A model generated the notes under the pieces. The model saw only the letters and a program-made list of their open reading frames with translations, had not been told where the DNA came from and searched no databases. Positions 32,903 through 41,148 of a DNA stretch of 64,000 nt are shown in pieces. The position numbers and the translations under genes are program-made. Source of the stretch: Alphaproteobacteria bacterium (lineage in GTDB: Bacteria > Pseudomonadota > Alphaproteobacteria > SP197); contig OZ219747.1 of NCBI GenBank assembly GCA_964291265.2, positions 2,208,001 through 2,272,000 on the forward strand. The letters run 5' to 3'. Within the stretch, counting starts at the first letter, position 1; each line of letters begins with the position of its first letter.

Positions 32903-33910
32903 GCGCCGCCTGGCCCATGACACGCTCAGGCTCCCGGCACAGCACGGCGCGCCAGTCAGGCGTCAGGGGCTTCATCCATACGGACCGCTGCACGCCCGGG
33001 CCGGTGGCCCCGGGAGGTCGACCCGAGGTCATCTCCTCACAGCGCTCCCAGCCCGCCGCCCGGTAGCTCACGCCGCTGTGCTCGGGACCCACATACGTGT
33101 ACGCCAGAACCGGCTTCACCCCGTACTTCTCGTGCCAGTCCGTAGCCAGACGCCGGCAGGCACAGGCCAGGGCATGGGAGGCCAACTCCTTCACATCCAC
33201 CGATGGAAGAATCAGGAAGCGATCATTGTTGACGATCTCGCCGAGGTGGGCGACACGGGCTCCCTGGGACCAGCCGATGAAGTCGTCGCGCGCCTTCTGG
33301 TGCCAACTCGCCGCACCAAACACCAGGCCGCCGAGGCGACCGTGGCGCGACGAGGTGATCCAGTAGCTCACCCGGGCTCCGGGTGCGCACGCCTCGCCTT
33401 CGGGATGCCAGGTCGCCATCATCGAACGGGCCAGGCGCTTGTCCTCGCCCTCGCCCACAGGCTCCAAGGTGACCTCTCCAAGGTCCTCCAGAGAACAGGC
33501 GAGGAGCTTGTCGGGATAGTCCCGCTCAAGGGTGTCGGCGCCGGTGCCGAAGGCATCAGGCCTTGGTGCAGGAAGGGCGATGTCGAGCGACGCAGCAAGG
33601 TCAGGCAGGGCCGCACGCGCCGAGGCAAGACACAGCTCGCCCTTCGCGTTGCGCCACTCCTCGCGCTCGCACAATCCCCGCGCCAGAGACGAGCGTGTGC
33701 TGCCCTCGGCAGCCGACGCCGCCTTCAGCCAGTCAACCGTCGTCGCAGACAGATGTCGAAAGCCGATCCTCATGGGCCACTATGTAAGGCCTCATGAACG
33801 TCGAGTCAAGCCTGTCCCGTTGAAAGCCCTGGGACTCCAGAGTCGTGCGGAACAGGTCGATGTCCTCCTCCGCAAACACTTGCTCGCCGGGGTCTCGGGA
33901 CGTTCGCGCT

Positions 33911-34032
33911 GTAAGCTTCGGTCACACGGTGATTGGCGCGATGACAGCGTTGAGCGAATGTAGGCGAGTCTCCGGTTATGCGTAATTGTCTCTTTCCTCC
34001 TCTTCATCGTCATCCATTGACTGAACGCTTAC
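33911..34032. mobile_element. 122-bp IS66-derived miniature element
   Basis: Ends gtaagcttcggtca / tgactgaacgcttac resemble the TIRs of IS66 21852-25993; no TSD. Confidence 0.6.
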
Positions 34033-36078
34033 CGGTGGGGTTGGTGTGATCCGCCAGGTTGTCGGCTTCGTCGCATTCAGATCATTTTCCAGAGCCCGGA
34101 CCAGTCCCTCAATCCGGAACGGCGCGTCGACGGCGCCATCGGCAGGCCCCTCGAACTCTATTTCGGCATGTCGGGTTCCGAGAAGTACGACCGGATTGCC
34201 GATCTCCTCGAGATGGTCGGACTCGACCCCGATGACGCGGGACGCTTTCCCGCCGAGCTGTCGGGGGGTGAGCGCCAGCGTGTCTCCATTGCCAGGGCCT
34301 TTGCCGCCGAGCCTGACGTCATCCTGTGTGACGAAGTTCTCTCCGCCCTCGATACCGTGGTGGCCGCCCGTGTGCTCGAACTGATGAAGGAACTGCGGGA
34401 ATCCCAGCAGATGGCATACGTCTTCATCAGCCACGATCTCTCGACGGTCGCGTCGATCGCTGACCGGGTGGCGGTCATGTATGCCGGCAGGATCGTCGAC
34501 GCCGGGTACACCGACGATGTGTTCGCCCCGCCGCATCATCCCTACACGCAGCTTCTCATCAACTCCGTGCCGGTGCTGCGCCAGGGATGGCTCGAGGAGG
34601 TCATCACAAGCCGCGAGACGGAAGCGGGCATGCGGTGTGGCGAACTGGCGGAAGGTAGGGGGTGAAAGTCCCCTGAAACGAAGGAGTAACCAAACCACGT
34701 TTCTCCGCGAGCCGTGCGTCGGTTCCCGCGAGGGGGCAGGCGAAGCGTCGGTAGCGGTGCGGATGGGCAGGGCTAATGAGCACCGAAAAATCCATGTTTC
34801 GGGGTGCCGAGGCTTTCGTAATGGTCGAAGGCAACATCGCAGGCATCGATTTGGTGAGATGTCGGCGAGCTCCGCGGTGTCAGAGAACCCATGCACGTCC
34901 GTACGCCTTCTGTTGGGACCCTGGGAGGTCTTCGAACTATCCCGCCTGTCGTGGCGGGACCGTGTAGGGAAAGGAGAAAGCCGAAGCCTATGAGGAACGG
35001 TTTGAAGAAGTCAGATTCGGCCATAGTGTGTGCTGGGCAGCGCCCAGATCAGGTGGGTTCAAGTCCCACTGGCGCTCGGGTAAGGGGCGCCATATCCAAA
35101 AGCGGGGGTCATTCCTCGCTGGCCGGGGTGAGCGAATAAGCGACGCCCTAAACGGGCACGAAGTTGGAAACGACGGACACTGCCAAGGGAAGAGCTAAGG
35201 TAACTACTCACCCCCTACTGATGACGGATCGTTTTTCCTGACGGGTTCGGATCCGGCATTTTCTCTTGCCGCCTTCACTTGCTCGCTGCCGATGATCGGA
35301 TGTGCGTGTTCCGACTGACAAGAAGCGGATCGATCTTCGGCTTCAGCTCCACGTTCCGGCCTTGTATGACCAGGTTTTGTCCCCGTGATGATGCAATCAT
35401 CCACAGCGGTTGGCTGCCTTTCCAATCCTCTGGAGATATGCGCTTGACATTGTAGGAGGGGCACTCTACATGCTGGCCATCGGGGCGGTTTGCGTCGGAG
35501 ATATTGATGGCGGCATGGTACGGATCGAAGGCGACGACGGGTCTGAGCCAGGCGATCGTCGCGGCCATGCCGCCGCATGACGTGTACATCGAGGCGTTCC
35601 TTGGGGGCGGCGCGATCATGAAGCGCAAGCCTCCGGCGCTACGCAGCATCGGCATCGACCTCAACCGACGGGCGATCGACACCTTCCGCTGTGACTATCC
35701 GGTGGAGCTTCACCAAGGCTGCGCCCTGCGTTTTCTCGAGACCTTCGCCTTCCAGGGCCGCGAGCTGGTCTACTGCGACCCGCCTTACGTGCAGTCGACG
35801 CGCCGGTCGCAGCGCCGCTACCGCTTCGACTGCACGGACGACGACCATGCAGGACTTTCCTACGCTACGGCTGATTTTTCGGGAAGCCGATGAATCGCGC
35901 CCGAATCGGCCATCTGATCTTTCGCGAGGCCGACGAATCGAGGCCGAATCGGGATGTCCTGGACGGATTCCGTGGCTTCAGTGCCGTCCGCATGGCGACA
36001 CCGGCAGCGTTTTCGGCCCGGATGCTTGGTTCTTGATGTTCTAGCAGCGTTCCGGGGTCCCCGGACGCTCAAGGCGTC

Positions 36079-38075
36079 TCAGGGCCGGGTCAGGGCGTTG
36101 ATGGCCTCGCGACGGTCCAGTTGTAGGCGGCGCCGGGTTTCGGCGAGGCTTTCGGCCTCGCGGCGGTTGGCGAAGATCACCGCGAGCGCGATGTTGTTGA
36201 GGCTGGCCCGGTTCGCCGGGCCGTTGTCGGTGCGGGTCAGGCAGGCGTCTTCGCCGAAGACGCAATCCCTTTGTCGATGGTTCAGATTTTCCACGGCCCA
36301 GTGGCGGCGGTTCAGTCGCAGCAACTCTTCCGGCGACGTGGCCCCCGTATCGAGAGAGGTGATGATGTAATCGGTTTCCGTGTAATCCTTCTCTTCTTGC
36401 TTCCCGGCATCGCCGGAGCCTTTCTTCCCGGCATCGCCGGGGCCTTTCTTCCCGGCATCGCCGGGGCCTTTCTTCCCGGCATCGCCGGAGCCTTCCTTCC
36501 CGGCATCGCCGGGGCCTTCCTTCCCGGCATCGCCGGAGCCTTCCTTCCCGGCATCGCCGGAGCCTTCCTTCCCGGCATCGCCGGAGCCTTTCTTCCACGG
36601 CTCCCGATAGCGGGTGATGCGGGCGACCTGACGGACGCCCGGATAGTTGATCAGACCGTCCAACGGGACGAGGACGCTGATCGAACGCTGCTCCAGTCGA
36701 CCGTGCGCCTTGTCGAACGGCTCCGTGAAGTGGCCGGTAGCGTCTTTTTGCCAATTGATGCTGTCGAGGATGGCGAAGGTCTCCGGAGCGTTGCCCTTGA
36801 CGACGAAGACGTAATCCGCGCGTTGTGTGATCAGCTTTGCGGTATGGCGTGTCGTGTGCAGCGCGTCGAGGGTGATCACCTTGCCGCCGATGTCGCTGCG
36901 CTCCAGGAGATCGTGCATGGCCGCCAGTTCGCCGCCTTCGTCGTTGAAGTTCAGGAGGGAAAAGGGCGCGCCGGTCTCATGGTCGACAAGGGCCACGGTC
37001 TCGTGACGGCCATCGCCGTTGCGGTTGGCGCCGCGGATGCGCTTGCCGTCGGCGGCGAGTGCACGGGCGAGGTGAAGCCGAGGCCGGGACCAGCGGGTGA
37101 GCACATCCTCCAGAGCCTCGGGGTCGATCGACTGGATAACCCGGTGGATGGTGGACTTGGAGACGGGCTCGCGAAGCCCCGTCTTCGGGTTAAGCCACGC
37201 GCCGATGGCCTCCAACTCCTCCTGGGACAGGGACCGCGCGAACTGCGCGGCGGCGACACAGCCCTTCATGTTGGCGAACTCGGCGAGCACGTGCACGGTG
37301 AGCACCGATGCCGCGGTATGCTTCCTTCCCTGCGCCCGGCGGAAGTCGGGAATGGCCGCGAGCTCGGCGTAGAGCGAGCGCAGCACCTTGGGGTCCCGGG
37401 GCGCCAGTTCGGGGCATGAGGGCGGCGCCACGTCGGGGGGAAGCGGCAGCGGGCTCGACAGCAGCGCCCGGGCATCGCGCCTCAGTGCCGTAACGTAGAT
37501 ATCCTTGGGCTTGCCGTGAGGATCGGTGTAACGCCCGTTGGAGCGGGCAAACCCCTTGGTCTCACCCAGACACGTCCAGCCCGCAGCCCTCAACATCGTG
37601 CCGGCAAAGATCTCCGGATCGCAGAACGTCTCCGCCAGCAGCACCCCGTGGCCGTGCACCTGCAGCCAATCGTCACAGAGCCGGCGCGTCATGCACGCAA
37701 GGAAACTCAGAAGCAAGGTTCGCAAACACCCCGGGCTTGGAGATGAGCAAGAACCGCGTGTTGTTGGCCACCACCCCGAGCCGCTGGAACTGCTGCTTAA
37801 GGCTTCCAGCCGGTCCACTGGTCGCGGGGAGCGCACTTGAAGGCGCCGTTCTGCCACGCCGCCAGCCCCAGCCAATGGCCCCTGAAGGTCGCAAGGTAGC
37901 GCAGACCGCGACCCGCCAGGCGACGGAAGCCGAGATAGTGGTGCTTGTTCATCAGCGCGTCCCACAGCGGACGCTCCTCCGGCCTCGCCAGGCGAACATC
38001 GACCTCAGACAGGGAAAAACCCTCAGGTGCTTCCTGATGGATCGGGACAGCTTCCATGAGCTTGCGAATCGACAT
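36079..38075 (-). pseudogene. DUF4338-ISAs1 transposase fusion, frameshifted near 37800
   Basis: HHYLGFR...PRDQWTGW in one frame, then NNTRFL, ETFCD...GTMLRAAGW, ADGK, DALH, HGRLE, HWAVEN in another. Confidence 0.85.
36400..36595 (-). repeat. 24-bp in-frame tandem repeat x8 (K[KE]G[SP]GDAG)
   Basis: Unit cttcccggcatcgccggRgccttY on the + strand, no spacers. Confidence 0.95.
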
Positions 38076-38520
38076 GACCGGACCGTCGCACATCCCAAGC
38101 GGGATGGCCAGCGGAAAATGTCCGCGCGCGTGCAACATACGAACGCCTGACGTCAAGTGAAATCAAGCGAATTCCAGCGTGGGAAGGCCTTGACGACCAT
38201 GTTGCGCTCCTTGACATCCTGACGTCGCTGCCCTGCCAGGTGATGATCTCCGGCTATCCCTCGCGGCTCTACGACACGCACCTCGCCGGCTGGCGCTCGG
38301 CCGAGATCCAGGTCAACAACCAGGCCTGCGTTGTCACCGAGAAGCTGTGGTTCAACTTCGCACCGGGCCGGCCGCACTGGCATACGTGTGCGGGCAGGAA
38401 CTCGATCGACCGCCAGCGCATCAAGCGCCTCGCAGAGAGCTGGGCGCGGCGCTACCGGACGATGCCCGAAGGCGAGCGGCTCGCCGTGCTGGCGGCAGTC
38501 ATGGCGGTGGAGGCGTCGTC

Positions 38521-39999
38521 ATGGCGAGCGTGAACGGCACGTCTGTGCGCCAGGAGGCCGACGTCTTCCAGAAGCAGTTCCAGGATCTCCGCAAGCAGGG
38601 CAAGGTCAACCAGGAGTGCGAGGAGCTCTTCCGCGGCATGCTGATGCTGATAAAGCTGTTGCTGACCGTGCTCATGGAGAAGATCACACGCAAGACAAGC
38701 CGGAACTCCGGTCTGCCGCCATCGCAGACTGACAAGGACGAGAGCGCGAGGCGCACCGGGAGCCACGGCAAGGGCCCGAAGCCGAACCAGCAGACGGGCG
38801 ACAACCTGCGCACGACCACCATCGAGGAGACGATCACCGTCGATGCCTGCGACGCCTGCGGCGCCGACCTCCACGACGTCGACCCCGTCGACCGGGAGTG
38901 CCGCGTCCTCTACGACATCGTGTTCGAAGTCGTCGAGCGCCGCGTCGAAGCCGAGATCAAGGAATGTCCGAAGTGCCGGGCCCGGACCAAGGGCCGGTTC
39001 CCAGACAACATGCCGGGCCCCCTGCAGTACGGCGTCAGCATCCAGGCCCTCGTCATCAACCTGCTGATCGCCCAGATGCTGTCCCTGCGTCGTGCCGTCT
39101 CGCTCGTGCACGCGATCTCCGGCATCAAGCTCTCCGAGGCGACCTGCCTCGGCTATGTCCGGCGCTTTCACGATGCCCTCGCATCATGGGAGGAGGCCGC
39201 CGTGGCCCATCTCCTGCAACAACCGGCCCTGCATGTCGACGAGACCGGCTTCCGGGTCGCCGGCAAGACCCAATGGCTCCATGTCGTCACCGACGGCACC
39301 CTGACGTGCAAGTTCCCGCACCCCAAGCGCGGCCGGGAGGCGATCGAAGAGATCGGCATCATCCCGCGCTACAAGGGCGTCCTGATCCACGACTGCTGGG
39401 CTGCCTACATGGGCTACGATCAATGCCGCCACCAACTGTGCGGCAGCCATCTCCTGCGCGAACTGACCTTCGTCGTCGAGTCCAACGGCTACCGCTGGGC
39501 GCGACTGATGAAAAGCCTACTGCGCGAGGTCTCCCGCAGGGTCAACAAGAGCGCATCCAAGACCTTGAACGAGGCCGACCGCCGGGCCGTGCGCAAGCGC
39601 TACCGCACCATCCTCACCCAGGGCGCCAAGGAACTGCCCGACATCCCGCCACGGACGAAAGGAAAACGGGGACGCATCGCAAAGTCCGACGCGCACAACC
39701 TGCATGAACGTCTCGTGAAACACGAGAAGTCCGTCCTGCGCTTCATGAAGGACCCCAACGTCAGTTTCACAAATAATACCGGAGAGCAGAAGATCAGGAT
39801 GACAAAGGTCAAGATCAAGGTGTCCGGATGTTTCCGCACCATGCCCCACGCCAAGGCATGGTGCCGCGGCTCAAGCTACCTCACCACCATGGACGCACTC
39901 GGCTACAACCCTCACGTCGCCATCCACATCGCCCTCGACGGAAAGGCCGTAGACATCCTCAACCAGCACTACGGACAACCAGACCCTAACAAGGGGTGA
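38521..39999 (+). CDS. IS66-family transposase (TnpC-like), apparently intact
   Basis: SRNSGLPPSQ, CDAC...CPKC, HVDETG, IHDCW, LCGSHLLREL, FTNNTGEQKIRM, KVSGCFR. Confidence 0.92.
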   Translation: MASVNGTSVRQEADVFQKQFQDLRKQGKVNQECEELFRGMLMLIKLLLTVLMEKITRKTSRNSGLPPSQTDKDESARRTGSHGKGPKPNQQTGDNLRTTTIEETITVDACDACGADLHDVDPVDRECRVLYDIVFEVVERRVEAEIKECPKCRARTKGRFPDNMPGPLQYGVSIQALVINLLIAQMLSLRRAVSLVHAISGIKLSEATCLGYVRRFHDALASWEEAAVAHLLQQPALHVDETGFRVAGKTQWLHVVTDGTLTCKFPHPKRGREAIEEIGIIPRYKGVLIHDCWAAYMGYDQCRHQLCGSHLLRELTFVVESNGYRWARLMKSLLREVSRRVNKSASKTLNEADRRAVRKRYRTILTQGAKELPDIPPRTKGKRGRIAKSDAHNLHERLVKHEKSVLRFMKDPNVSFTNNTGEQKIRMTKVKIKVSGCFRTMPHAKAWCRGSSYLTTMDALGYNPHVAIHIALDGKAVDILNQHYGQPDPNKG

Positions 40000-41148
40000 G
40001 TAGTTACGAGCTAAGTTGGTTCACTGTCGAGAGACAACCGGAGGGCAGGGTGTCCACCGTGAGGTGGAATCTGAAGGGCTTGCGGAGAAGTACCGGGCCG
40101 TAATCGAGGGGGCGACCCCATGATGAATCGGTCGGCCAAAGACGGGGCAAGGTCGAGCCGGCACTATGGCGGCGAAGGCGTTCTTACTCACCCGTCGCAC
40201 CAAGGTGTTTGCGAACGGCACGGTACGGAAGATCTGGACGTGACTCCAGGAGGGCTCGTCGTGTTCCCGGGTGGCACCGGGATAACGGCCCCTATAAGCC
40301 GAGAGGCGAAGTGGGAAAGGATGCACGGCGAGCAATCGGACAACCGAATAGTACCACAAGCCCGGTGAAAGCCGGGTGACCGCGCGAGCGGCGACCGGGT
40401 GGGTCGGGGAAGGCGGTTGGCAGAGGTGGTTGGTGAGAGACGGTGAAGGAGCGAGTAAGGATCATGACGCGGACAAGTTCCATGAGCGAAAGACCCGGAC
40501 GTCATGGGCCGAGGAGACTGGTTCACTGGCTCAACCTGACGGGAGAAAGGAAGGTCCACTCACTGGTGGGATCGCTTGATCTCACTGGTTCCTTCCCTGA
40601 ACCTTCGAAGAGCCCCCCCTGTGAAAGCGGCTTACGGGAAAACCGTACGGGCCGTTTGAGCGGCGGACGGAGGCCAGCCCTGCGGGGCGCCTCTTCCGAC
40701 CCGACACCTGTGAAGGCGGCGAACAAGGGAGCGTCAGCTTCTGCGGAGTCGCTGGAGGAAAGGGCCTCAACCAAGGGGAATCCGGGACGCCAAAGCACGC
40801 ACCGAACGCAGTGTCGGGCAAGCGTGCCACAGGCGGCGGCTCGGATACGGGAAGCCACAGGCCAGTCCAGTGGTTTGCCGTCCAGTACCCGAGGTAGGAG
40901 CCGGATGGATTAACGTCCACGTCCGGATCTGCGCGGGGGGTGCGCAGCAATGCGCATCCCTACCGCGTCTTCCAATGTCATGCTTCACGACCGCCCGTGT
41001 CCCTTTCGCATGCGCTGCCCCCTTGTCATGTCCGGAACCTGCGACAGGGAGCCGGCGCCGGCAAGGGAGATGGCACACGGGCACATCGTCATGTGCCAGC
41101 ACGACGAGGCAACCCTCCTCGCGGCGCAGGGCGGAACCTGATTCCTCC

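Larger units (their letters stand above)
29106..33773 (-). pseudogene. DUF4338-IS4 transposase fusion, split by an IS4 insertion and frameshifted near 29945
   Basis: Rejoins as VMGQAAP|LVGDDRTDW; AIQDTT, CDREGD, RWWIEEYFKALKVG. Confidence 0.88.
29103..33826 (-). mobile_element. IS4-family (IS50/Tn5-like) element with DUF4338 fusion, interrupted
   Basis: CTTTCAAC ends, 9-bp TSD ccctgggac. Confidence 0.9.
28853..33910 (-). pseudogene. IS4-family transposase 3' remnant (28853-29102 + 33827-33910), target of the IS4 at 29103
   Basis: Homologous to the C-terminus of 30608-32872 (DVRAVVIDLGRL...GAKNIWQGLARLNWAIQ); TIR-like ctttcac at 28853. Confidence 0.75.
35850..38192 (-). mobile_element. ISAs1-family element with DUF4338 fusion
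   Basis: TIRs caggactttcctacgct / agcgtgggaaggccttg; TSD acgaccatg (9 bp, or 10 bp if the flanking G is counted). Confidence 0.88.
35507..38533 (+). pseudogene. N6-adenine DNA methyltransferase (Dam/D12-like), split by ISAs1 (35507-35849 + 38202-38533)
   Basis: YGSK, EAFLGGGA (motif I), YCDPPY (motif IV); rejoins as DDDH|VALLDIL. Confidence 0.9.
35200..40007 (+). mobile_element. IS66-family element carrying a DNA adenine methyltransferase (element A)
   Basis: Perfect 15-bp TIR gtaactactcacccc / ggggtgagtagttac; 8-bp TSD gagctaag. Confidence 0.93.
35028..40705 (+). mobile_element. Second, unrelated ORF-less group II intron (inner), interrupted by MTase-IS66
   Basis: GTGTG start, domain V-like gaaagcggcttacgggaaaaccgtacgggccgttt, ...ccgacccgAC end; RT remnant GERKVHSLV; removal restores outer ccatagt|acctgtgaag. 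Confidence 0.85.
34635..40969 (+). mobile_element. ORF-less group II intron, outer intron of a twintron (34635-35027 + 40706-40969)
   Basis: Homologous to 11838-12497, with the same insertion site and the same RT deletion junction. Confidence 0.88.
34066..41141 (+). pseudogene. Duplicated 3' part of the ABC ATP-binding gene (34066-34634 + 40970-41141)
   Basis: Near-identical to 11269-11837 and 12498-12662; ends ...AAQGGT* next to the convergent amidase. Confidence 0.9.

Noticed and set aside
29690-32923. 1077-aa minus-strand ORF as a single gene
   Set aside because: Chimera of the antisense of the inner IS4 and the middle of the interrupted outer transposase
34066-34634. Pure assembly duplication of 11269-11837
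   Set aside because: The copies differ by several substitutions and carry distinguishable intron alleles; long reads are still advisable
36400-36595. CRISPR array
   Set aside because: Contiguous 24-bp units with no spacers, in frame in a transposase; no cas genes
21535-38075. Druantia defence system
   Set aside because: Only DruA-like domains, all inside IS ends; no large helicase (DruE) or other dru genes
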